Source: a bacterium (GTDB lineage Bacteria; Omnitrophota; Gorgyraeia; Zapsychrales; Zapsychraceae). From it: a stretch of DNA of 64,000 bases. The position numbers and the translations under genes are program-made. The stretch spans positions 97,131 through 161,130 of the forward strand of contig JAUIER010000004.1 of assembly GCA_030429765.1 (NCBI GenBank). Direction: 5' to 3'. Position 1 is the stretch's first letter, and each line of letters begins with the position of its first letter. This document shows, in pieces, positions 49,121 through 57,502 of the stretch. The notes under the pieces were generated by a model, which saw only the letters and a program-made list of their open reading frames with translations, did no database searches and had not been told where the DNA came from.

Positions 49121-49798
49121 CTAAGGCTGGACCGGTTTGTACTCCGAATTCGGCTGGATCGATCCCATGATATTATTCTCCGCCAGGACGCCCATATCAA
49201 TCACATCCACCGGCAGCGTCATCCGCTCTTCGGGGATATCCACGCCCTCATCAATCCGGGTAGCGGTATATTCCGTGTGGAATCCTCTCACACGCGTCAC
49301 GTATTTCAGGGCGATATTCTTGTAGACCCATACGGTCCCGTCCAGAAACGGCAACTCATACACCCGGCAAACCTTGCCGGCGACCGTCTCCTCACCCTTG
49401 CCCTGTGCTCCCAAGCGCTTCAAACCCTCTGGGCTGTAATCACTCATCTCGCCGGCGGTCAGGTCGATGTGCAGCCCGGGCGCTATTTTTTTATTGAGAT
49501 CAATCTGGATCTTCTTACGGCGAATCAGGTCCACATTGTAGACCACATCCCCCTCTCGGAGGGTCATACGTTGCTGCTCTTGATTGATCCCATCCATCAT
49601 CAGCTTGTAGGTACTATGACGTGCCTCACGCTCCCCCCAGTCCGTGATGTACGCCGTCTCTTCTCCCTTTATATGTCCGGAGATGTTGTACTGAATCACC
49701 GCTGATTCAAGACCATAGGGACGTTCCGCCGCCAGCACAGGCTGGGTCACCACGGATACCAACACGCCTACCATAAATGTCCGCCAGAATAAATTCAT
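49121..49798 (-). CDS. Secreted protein, DUF4412/LolA-like
   Basis: Signal peptide (VLA-A); GEETVAGKVCRVY...VWV and terminal LP patterns; GGAGG SD. Confidence 0.55.
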   Translation of the reverse strand: MNLFWRTFMVGVLVSVVTQPVLAAERPYGLESAVIQYNISGHIKGEETAYITDWGEREARHSTYKLMMDGINQEQQRMTLREGDVVYNVDLIRRKKIQIDLNKKIAPGLHIDLTAGEMSDYSPEGLKRLGAQGKGEETVAGKVCRVYELPFLDGTVWVYKNIALKYVTRVRGFHTEYTATRIDEGVDIPEERMTLPVDVIDMGVLAENNIMGSIQPNSEYKPVQP

Positions 49799-49902
49799 GA
49801 TGCCTCCTTCGAGTTATCAGGATTGCTTGAAATCGAATACCGAACCCATACCCAAAGCGGTCCGGATCTGTATTGTACTATAGCAACAATATCTGTTGGA
49901 AA

Positions 49903-52164
49903 TTAATTTCGGCCCCTTTTGGACAGGGCAAATTCTAGTTTGGATAGATACGATTCGCTGGGCTGATAGCCGTTACTACGTGCTTGCGATAGATCATCCC
50001 AAGCCTGTCGGAACCGCTTCATCTTATAATAGGCCATCGAACGGTAGTAGTAACTGAGACCCAATTCCTGACCGGTGGCGATCGCGGCGTCGAAGTCTTC
50101 CATCGCCCGGTCGATCTTCTTCATTTTCAAGAAGAGGAATCCACGATTGAGATACGCGCGCGCGTACTCCGGATCCAGCGCAATGGCCTTGTTGTAATCC
50201 TTCAAGGCGAGATCGATCCGTCCTTTGAGCTCGTGGATATATCCGCGGTTGTTGTAGATCTTTTCCTGTGCCGGATCGATTTCAATCGCCCGGTTAAAGT
50301 CCTTCAAAGCCAGATCGTAATGTTTCTGATCCTTGAGCAAGACCCCGCGATTATTGTAGGCCTCAACGTAAGACGGATCTTGCTGGATCGCCCAGGCAAA
50401 ATCTTCAAGGCTCTGCCGGTCTTTCTGAATACTGCGGTACAGCCGCGCGCGATTCAAGTACGCGTAGGCAAAATCCGGATCAATCAGCAGGGCTTTATTA
50501 AAATCAGCTAGTGCCAACACCCAATCCCCGCGTTTGAGATAAATGGCCCCGCGTGCGTTATAGGCCGCCTGATTCGATGAATCAAGTTCCAGGGCCTTGG
50601 CAAAATCATCAAACGCGCTGTCCTGATCGCCCTTAGCCTTGAGGACCAGTCCACGATTGACATAAAACTCCGCCACCTCAGCATCAATGGTGATGGCCTT
50701 TTCGTACTGTTCCAGGGCCAGATCGAGATCGCCCTTGATGCGATAAATATCTCCGATGTGACCAAATCCTCGGGCAAACTCAGGCTTCATACCCACGGCC
50801 TTCTGAAAACTCTGCATCGCTTGGTCAAACTGATTACCCTTCAAATAGGCAAGCCCCAGTTCATCGTACGCCCGGACTTTTTCCGGGGACTTAACTATCA
50901 CATCATTCCATAATGAAACACCGCTCTGCCATAACGCGTTTCGCTGAACTGTCAGTACGGAAAGCAGGGCAACGATCACCATCCCCACACCGAAATAAAA
51001 CCTTTTGTACTTGAGCAATTTAAACAGCAAGACGGCCAGACCGATACACAGACCGACACTCGGCAAATACATTCGGTGTTCCTGAATGACATTGGCCAGC
51101 GGGATAATACTGGACTCGACGGACAGTGCCAAAAAGAACCATAAAATGCCGAATGACACCAACTGAAATCCGCGTTGCAGGCGCAAAGCAACAAGAAATA
51201 TAACCAGTAGAATAATGAAACTCGTCATGGTCCCGGATTCAGTGAAGCCGTGCGATAGTGGAAAATCATAGTCAAAATTCAGACTCAGTGGATAGAAAAA
51301 TGTCTTGAGATAAGTTGTAATCACGCTAAATTGCGTGATGAAATAGGATCCGCTGGTGATCGTCTGTTCACTGATATCGTGTGACTGAGACACAATTTGT
51401 CGACCGACAATAGACTCCGAATCAAACTCGTACAGAAATGGGATGATCAGCGCAAAGGCCAGGATAAAAACCAAATGTACAAAAGAGAACGTCCGCTCTG
51501 CTCCCGGCGTTTTCTTGGTCGTTCTCAGAAAATAAAATTCAAACAGGACAAGCATAAACGGCAGCGTGAAGGCAGTCTCTTTACTGAACATCGCACAAAC
51601 GGCGGATATCATACACACAAAGTAAAAGCGCTTACGTATTTTAGGATTCAACCTGGCCAGCAAATAAAAGATAATGGTCATCAGATAAAACATCGTCGCC
51701 ATCGACGTAGCACGCTGACCGATGTACGTGACAGCCTGAGTCTGCAGCGGATGGGCCAAGAAAAGCAGCGATGACAATAACGCCAGACCATATCGATATT
51801 TTCGGACCTCTTCCTTCTTATAACGCGGTGTATCAGCGATAACCAAGAATAGTATCCACACCAAAATGGCATTAAAAATATGAATGGCATTGTTAACCAG
51901 ATGATAACCCAGGACATTATGCTGTCCCCAGCGGTAGTTTAAGGCAAAACTAAGTTTGGGAAGAACCCTGGTTAGATGAGAATAATGCGGAAGGATCGCA
52001 TCCAGATTGGAAATATCGCGAATGGAGGGATTTTCAACGACATTCGCCCGTCCATCGATCTGGAACGGGGCATTTAACGAATTGGCATAGATAAAACCGC
52101 CAAGTACAACAATAGTCACTAACGAGAATAGTCTCGTCCACAAAAAATTAGATTTCGATTCCAT
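49903..52164 (-). CDS. TMTC-like GT-C membrane protein with about 8-9 TPRs (second paralog)
   Basis: YHLVN..IH, HPLQTQAVTYI.QR, SKE, LNFDY and EHRMYLPS motifs; TPR repeats AY.NRG...D...AI..DP. Confidence 0.78.
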   Translation of the reverse strand: MESKSNFLWTRLFSLVTIVVLGGFIYANSLNAPFQIDGRANVVENPSIRDISNLDAILPHYSHLTRVLPKLSFALNYRWGQHNVLGYHLVNNAIHIFNAILVWILFLVIADTPRYKKEEVRKYRYGLALLSSLLFLAHPLQTQAVTYIGQRATSMATMFYLMTIIFYLLARLNPKIRKRFYFVCMISAVCAMFSKETAFTLPFMLVLFEFYFLRTTKKTPGAERTFSFVHLVFILAFALIIPFLYEFDSESIVGRQIVSQSHDISEQTITSGSYFITQFSVITTYLKTFFYPLSLNFDYDFPLSHGFTESGTMTSFIILLVIFLVALRLQRGFQLVSFGILWFFLALSVESSIIPLANVIQEHRMYLPSVGLCIGLAVLLFKLLKYKRFYFGVGMVIVALLSVLTVQRNALWQSGVSLWNDVIVKSPEKVRAYDELGLAYLKGNQFDQAMQSFQKAVGMKPEFARGFGHIGDIYRIKGDLDLALEQYEKAITIDAEVAEFYVNRGLVLKAKGDQDSAFDDFAKALELDSSNQAAYNARGAIYLKRGDWVLALADFNKALLIDPDFAYAYLNRARLYRSIQKDRQSLEDFAWAIQQDPSYVEAYNNRGVLLKDQKHYDLALKDFNRAIEIDPAQEKIYNNRGYIHELKGRIDLALKDYNKAIALDPEYARAYLNRGFLFLKMKKIDRAMEDFDAAIATGQELGLSYYYRSMAYYKMKRFRQAWDDLSQARSNGYQPSESYLSKLEFALSKRGRN

Positions 52165-52340
52165 AGCAAACAGACCCTGTGTCCAACAAACTGAATTGGC
52201 TCAAATGTTAATTGATCTAGACAAAAATAAATTACGCTGCGCGGTCGCTGTTGTCGTATTCTTCTGTAGGAATGTAATTCCCTTGTCGCTCTAAATCTGT
52301 CAGATTCCGCACGGAAGGCGGTAAAAATTAGATTTAAAGT

Positions 52341-52376
52341 ATTGCATATTCTAACGAAAATGCAATTTTTTTTCAA
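52341..52376 (-). promoter_or_regulatory. Probable sigma70 promoter of the TMTC-like gene, overlapped by a palindrome
   Basis: TTGAAA-17-TAGAAT (52376-52348); ATTGCAT-N12-ATGCAAT at 52341-52366. Confidence 0.45.
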
Positions 52377-52411
52377 GCAAAACCATTTGGCCCTGAATTG
52401 TTTAGGATCTT

Positions 52412-52840
52412 CTAGTTCTGGACAATCTGAGGCCCGGTGAACTGCAGAATTTTCCGCTCACCTGTGCGGCTATGCTGAAGGACGGCTGAATTCATCGTAA
52501 TGGTGTGAACGACAAACTCATCAATGGCATCCCCTGTCTTATAAACCCGTCCGTTGATCAGCGCGTGAAATTTGTCAGACATCTGACTGGAGCCTTCCAG
52601 GACGTACTCCCGGACTCTCGGCTCGGGCATTCTGACGATAACCGGTGCTTTGGGCTTGATATGATTGCGTATCACCGCCAGACGCTCGAGCTGCTGATCA
52701 TGATAGTCAACGGCCGTCAGATGTTTTTGCACATAGGCCGCTGTGCTGCGCTGGAACCCTATGGTGATGCCGATAATGGCAATCAAGGCCAGCCGGATTT
52801 GAAAGGACCGGTCGGTCAGTATCATTTTTATATATTTCAT
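52412..52840 (-). CDS. Membrane-anchored GspB/GspC-HR/PilP-like protein
   Basis: N-terminal TM and C-terminal LEG......ALINGRVY..GD.I..F.V..I....V.L beta-domain; last gene of the pil operon. Confidence 0.55.
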   Translation of the reverse strand: MKYIKMILTDRSFQIRLALIAIIGITIGFQRSTAAYVQKHLTAVDYHDQQLERLAVIRNHIKPKAPVIVRMPEPRVREYVLEGSSQMSDKFHALINGRVYKTGDAIDEFVVHTITMNSAVLQHSRTGERKILQFTGPQIVQN

Positions 52841-52867
52841 ATGGACCACCTACTCTGATATAGTCGA

Positions 52868-53794
52868 TTAGTTTTTAGTCTGGTGCACGTAACTTTGCGC
52901 CTCTCCCCGCTCAAGCGCCTGATGAATCCGTTGACTTGACTGATGAATGGAAAATGTCGACCACAGACAGATCACCATCAGAATCCCTACCAGCGCCGTG
53001 AACCCGTGCAGCAGGTACCCCCGCACCTCATCTGACACCACATGCTCCCGGGCGAGATTGATACTGAACAGGGCATGCTGCGAATTCTGTGCCCGCTTGA
53101 CGTCCTGGGCATCTTTATAATGCGACTGACTGTCAAACGTCGTCTGGATCTCATTGATAATACGATCCTGCTCCGGGATATCTCCGGAAAAGTAAATGTG
53201 ATCAAAATGCTTCACCGTACTCTTCGCGCAGGCGCTACGCAGCGACTGCTTGATCTCAAACAAGGCCTCGCTGAAATTGTCATACGCGACTTTGCGCAGC
53301 AACTCGAACTTCAAGTCATGCATCACGGCGAGGTTGATGTAGCCATCCCGGGAAAAATCCAGCAGACAAAATCGGTGCGACACTTCGGGATGATCCTGAT
53401 AAAACGCGTTGATGCTCGTCAGAATATAGGCCGTAATCCGGATAACCTCAAATCCTGAATCCTGCACGACTTTATTGTATCTGTTGATCAGACTCTTTGG
53501 CGCACAGGTAAACACCCCGCAAACCGAACCATCTTTGCTGGAAAAAATCTGATAGTCAAACGCGATTTGATCCGCCGGCAGGTTCAAAAGCTCGACGGAA
53601 ACCATCTGTAACCGCGTCTTGATATCTTTGATCTTGATATTCGGGATATTAAACGGCTGAACAAGCACATCAGGCCCGCTGATCGACAAGGCCACATACT
53701 TGTATTGGGCCGTCTCCATCAGCGAAAGCTGACTCAGCTGAACAGACAATTCATCGGGACTTGAGGCATTCACGGTTAGTGTTTTATTGGTCAT
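52868..53794 (-). CDS. PilM/GspL-like actin-fold pilus assembly protein with a C-terminal TM helix
   Basis: LP.DQIAFDYQ, ..SG, LLDF, IYFSG and INL motifs followed by a hydrophobic helix. Confidence 0.65.
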   Translation of the reverse strand: MTNKTLTVNASSPDELSVQLSQLSLMETAQYKYVALSISGPDVLVQPFNIPNIKIKDIKTRLQMVSVELLNLPADQIAFDYQIFSSKDGSVCGVFTCAPKSLINRYNKVVQDSGFEVIRITAYILTSINAFYQDHPEVSHRFCLLDFSRDGYINLAVMHDLKFELLRKVAYDNFSEALFEIKQSLRSACAKSTVKHFDHIYFSGDIPEQDRIINEIQTTFDSQSHYKDAQDVKRAQNSQHALFSINLAREHVVSDEVRGYLLHGFTALVGILMVICLWSTFSIHQSSQRIHQALERGEAQSYVHQTKN

Positions 53795-53807
53795 AACATC
53801 ATCCCTG

Positions 53808-54761
53808 TTAAATGTTATCGTCTAACTGCTCGACTTCTTTCCAGGATTTGACGGCCAGGCTCGATGGATTCGTCGGAAACCCGCCAAATCGCGAGCGGGC
53901 AATCGCACCGTCAACGGCCTGTCCATTAAATTTGATATCACCCGTAAATCCCTCCGGCAGTCCTCCGGCGATGATTTTCGATTCACCTTCCAAGAACACT
54001 GATCCCTTGATCTGGATACCGTCGTCGATAATAATCTCTGTATCACCTTTGATGTACACAATCCCTTCGACGGATCCTTGAAATAAGATAAAGGGCGTCG
54101 CATTATGGTTTTGATTGGCACCAGTCACATCGATCACCAAGATCGTATTCGGATTTTGCGGCACAGGAACTTCGACACCCTCATCATTCGTATCAAATGT
54201 CAGACAAGTGATTTGATCAAATCCGTTGGGGTCAATATCATTTACAAAAACATGTCCCGGCGAACAGAATGACTCTTGAATATTCGTCCCCTCAGGGATA
54301 TTAAATGTTTCATTGAAACTCAAATTTGGCTTTTCTTTGACCTCTCCGGGATTGAGAAAGAACGGCAAATTTGGAATCGGATTACTCGTCGTCACCGGAT
54401 AATCGGGAAAATTGGAATTACTGATATTCGCGATAATCGATCGCCGCTCACCGTTCACCAATCCATACGCCTGGACCTTCCATTCAAACACGCGGCCTGG
54501 CGATGTCTCGGAGACATAGTCAAACGAACGGTTGGTGTCCAGCACCGTCGCCGCTTCCGCGATTGATCGCACCGCCGGCAGCTTGGCCTTGGCCAATTGC
54601 ACCGCGCCGTCCGCCAGCCAAAAGGCCTCCATCGAGGCTTTACGCGCGGCCACCGCCCGATGCTCACTCATGGCATGATGAATCGACGCCATCCCCAACA
54701 TCGTAAACACAACAACAAATCCCATCGTCACAATCAACACAGATCCGCGTTCATCTTTCAT
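53808..54761 (-). CDS. PilX/GspK-like minor pilin
   Basis: ERG|SVLIV prepilin site without Glu5, AFWLADGA motif and SWKE near the C-terminus. Confidence 0.75.
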   Translation of the reverse strand: MKDERGSVLIVTMGFVVVFTMLGMASIHHAMSEHRAVAARKASMEAFWLADGAVQLAKAKLPAVRSIAEAATVLDTNRSFDYVSETSPGRVFEWKVQAYGLVNGERRSIIANISNSNFPDYPVTTSNPIPNLPFFLNPGEVKEKPNLSFNETFNIPEGTNIQESFCSPGHVFVNDIDPNGFDQITCLTFDTNDEGVEVPVPQNPNTILVIDVTGANQNHNATPFILFQGSVEGIVYIKGDTEIIIDDGIQIKGSVFLEGESKIIAGGLPEGFTGDIKFNGQAVDGAIARSRFGGFPTNPSSLAVKSWKEVEQLDDNI

Positions 54762-55291
54762 GAGGCCCTCCTCAGAATAGAAACATCCGGCATTGAAAAT
54801 GGTATCTCGCCCTTGATCCCCTGTATTTTCTGAATCGTAATCGTATTATTCACGCGGGTGAATTCAATCGTGTTTTGATCATTGTCCGCCGTATCGATAG
54901 AGAATATCGCGTCGCGATGATTGACATTATTGATATCGGGAACAAAGACAAAATCAACACGTGAAGAACCCGTTTCCTGAAAAAGCCCAAATCCTCCCCC
55001 GTCGACCAAAAGCACATTGGTTCCGACCCATCTGGGATCACCGTCAGGCGCGTTGACAATGCTCAAATTGGTGGAACTGTTACGGACACGGTTGCGAACC
55101 AGCTTGAGTCCGTGGCCCAGGTCGCTGTAGATTTGGGCTTCTTTCTGCAGTTTATTATAGGAACGGTGCCCGATGTGAGCCACCGCTCCTATAATAAGCA
55201 TAAACACAGCGGCAACGATCATGGCCACCTGCAGCTCGACCAATGAAAACCCCTTGTTTGCAATTCGCTTCTTTTTTTGTTTTCTTCTCAT
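54758..55291 (-). CDS. PilW/GspJ-like minor pilin
   Basis: Basic leader and KG|FSLVEL class III signal; ATGA overlaps on both sides. Confidence 0.8.
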   Translation of the reverse strand: MRRKQKKKRIANKGFSLVELQVAMIVAAVFMLIIGAVAHIGHRSYNKLQKEAQIYSDLGHGLKLVRNRVRNSSTNLSIVNAPDGDPRWVGTNVLLVDGGGFGLFQETGSSRVDFVFVPDINNVNHRDAIFSIDTADNDQNTIEFTRVNNTITIQKIQGIKGEIPFSMPDVSILRRAS

Positions 55292-55698
55292 TGCGCTATG
55301 TATGTTACAAGTTTTACCGATTTAGGGTATGTGGAATTCGCTTCCTTCCACTGAATCTCGACATCCACTTGTTTATGTTTGGCGTCGGGCGCACTGACCG
55401 AGATGATTTCCTTACCGGATAAGTTGGCCAATACCGATGATGACAAGGCTGTTTCCGTGGGATTCAACGGATCGGTGACGGCGATACTACCATACCCTTT
55501 TTCCTTGATCTCCTCCAGCGCGTGATCGGCCAGCTCCATGGCGACTTTTTTATGGACCATATACGCCATGATCTCATTGGCATTGTGGTACAACGCCATA
55601 CCACCGGTCATGATCACCCCCAGAAGCAGGATCGACACAAGCACTTCAATCAAGGTAAATCCTGCACTATTTTCCAGTTTAGACGTAAGCATAAACAT
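55288..55698 (-). CDS. PilV/GspI-like minor pilin
   Basis: AG|FTLIEVLVS, A..LA...LEEI and V.V.I.W patterns. Confidence 0.8.
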   Translation of the reverse strand: MFMLTSKLENSAGFTLIEVLVSILLLGVIMTGGMALYHNANEIMAYMVHKKVAMELADHALEEIKEKGYGSIAVTDPLNPTETALSSSVLANLSGKEIISVSAPDAKHKQVDVEIQWKEANSTYPKSVKLVTYIAQ

Positions 55699-55710
55699 TA
55701 CCCATTTAGA

Positions 55711-56232
55711 CTAATAGGTTTGCCAATCCACAGCTTTGCCGGCATCATCTGTATCATATGATACAAATATTCGACCCGAGTTATCCATTTCCAATTGATA
55801 CTTTGTGGTTTCCGCTTTTTTAAGAGCACAATTGGTCGATTTGTCGCAGGTATTTGACAAAGCCCCATTGGCGCGAATAATGAAATCGACCGCCGCTGGA
55901 TTGTTCCAAGGAGCGCTCCCTTTATCTTTGGCAATTACTTCAAATGCACCGTTACCAAAATACTGGGCCGTACCGGTTTTAATATCCAATCCACCGGCTG
56001 TTTTGTTTTTTTCTAGATCTGCAGCCTTGACCTCAGACGGGTATACTCCACTACTAACAAATTGATCCCTTAAAGCCTGACGGATCAAACTCATCGTTGC
56101 GACAGCTTCAGATGCCTTGGCTTTTTTGGTGTTCCCCAGAAAAACCGGCGTGGCCACCGCCGCCAAAATCCCGACGATAACCAAGACCACTAAAAGTTCC
56201 ACCATTGTAAAACCTTTGTTATTTGTCCTCAT
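55711..56232 (-). CDS. Type IV major pilin (PilA/PilE-like)
   Basis: KG|FTMVELLVVLVIVGILAAVA.P, KAK.SEA and a Cys pair; AGGGGG SD spacing favours the second ATG (56232). Confidence 0.88.
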   Translation of the reverse strand: MRTNNKGFTMVELLVVLVIVGILAAVATPVFLGNTKKAKASEAVATMSLIRQALRDQFVSSGVYPSEVKAADLEKNKTAGGLDIKTGTAQYFGNGAFEVIAKDKGSAPWNNPAAVDFIIRANGALSNTCDKSTNCALKKAETTKYQLEMDNSGRIFVSYDTDDAGKAVDWQTY

Positions 56233-56278
56233 CATTACCCCCTTTACTTTAAATCCATTGTTTGAACACTTGTTGTCG

Positions 56279-57502
56279 TTAACTTATCGCTGATGACATC
56301 TGAAAGATTGGCAAGTACAACGCCAGCACAACCAAAAGAACGATACCCCCGACGAACATAATCAGGATCGGCTCGAGCATGGTTGTCAGGTTCTGCAGCG
56401 TCGAGTCCAACTCGTCATCATAATAATCAGCCGTTCGCGTAAGCATTTCGTGGATCTTTCCACTGCGCTCACCGACGGATGTCATTTTGGAACACAATCT
56501 CGGAAATAATTCCTGCCGCTTCATCTCTTCAGCCAAGGCGCCGCCGGATAACACGCGCTGCTTGACCATATGAATCGCGTCGCGCATCGGCAGATGATTG
56601 ACCGCGATGGCCGTAATTTCCAGCGCCTTCGCTAAACTGACACCTCCACTTAACAGGAATCCCAACGTCCGGCAATAACGGGACACCATCGCCTTATGGA
56701 TGACCTCCGGTCCGAGCACCGGCACACGCAGCTTCCATTTATCGACGACGAAACGAAACTTCTCAAAACGTAATGAGTACACAAAAGCGATAGTTAAAGC
56801 CACGGCCGTCAGGAATATCACCGGCGCGTAGTGAATAGCGCCCTGGCTGAATCCGACCACCATTCGCGTCAAGAGTGGCAACTGCGCTCCTGCCCCCTCA
56901 AACATTCCCTGAAATTTGGGGATCAGGAAGAACACGATGACCATCATGACAAAGATGGCAAATCCCAAAACAAACAGCGGATAGCGCACCGCGTTTTTGA
57001 CTTTTTCCTTCAATCGTTCGGACGCCTCCAAATATTTGGCCAGACTGGCCATGGTGATGTGCAGATTTCCAGTGGCCTCCCCGGACTTGACGATGGACGT
57101 GTACGTCACCGGAAAGATCTTGGGATACCGCTCGAGCGCGCTGGAAAAATCCGAACCGCCCTGAATACTGGTCTTGATTTTTGAAATGATCTCACCGAAA
57201 TTTCGATTCTCCTGATCCTCCGCAATAGTCTCCAACGCCTCGCTCAGTAGAAGCCCCGCGCTCAAGGTCGCCGCCAGCTGTCGTGTGAATACCGCCAGGT
57301 CCTTTCCCGACACGCGCGCGCCGCGCCATCGTGATAGGCCCGACAGCATTTTCGACTTGGCCTTGTCCAGCTCAAGGACTTTCAGCGGAATCAGATCCTC
57401 GGTCTTTAAACGCATCACCAGCTCGGTCATATTTGCCGCGCTGGCCACTCCGTTAATCTTCTGTCCGGTCTTTTTGTGACTGGCAATATATTTGAAGTCC
57501 AT
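56279..57502 (-). CDS. pilC: Type IV pilus / T2SS inner-membrane platform protein PilC/GspF
   Basis: FTRQLA, GE.TG.L, YP, LPLLTR, GE.SG and LEP...ALYLPIF motifs. Confidence 0.93.
   Translation of the reverse strand: MDFKYIASHKKTGQKINGVASAANMTELVMRLKTEDLIPLKVLELDKAKSKMLSGLSRWRGARVSGKDLAVFTRQLAATLSAGLLLSEALETIAEDQENRNFGEIISKIKTSIQGGSDFSSALERYPKIFPVTYTSIVKSGEATGNLHITMASLAKYLEASERLKEKVKNAVRYPLFVLGFAIFVMMVIVFFLIPKFQGMFEGAGAQLPLLTRMVVGFSQGAIHYAPVIFLTAVALTIAFVYSLRFEKFRFVVDKWKLRVPVLGPEVIHKAMVSRYCRTLGFLLSGGVSLAKALEITAIAVNHLPMRDAIHMVKQRVLSGGALAEEMKRQELFPRLCSKMTSVGERSGKIHEMLTRTADYYDDELDSTLQNLTTMLEPILIMFVGGIVLLVVLALYLPIFQMSSAIS

Noticed and set aside
49950-50900. Periodic DNA similarity of about 102 nt suggesting a repeat array
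   Set aside because: Explained by 34-aa TPR coding repeats; there are no identical repeats or spacers, so this is not a CRISPR array.
46552-52164. Possible genomic island anchored at tRNA-Lys
   Set aside because: No integrase and no duplicated tRNA 3' end were seen; the tRNA 3' side leads directly into housekeeping tkt genes.
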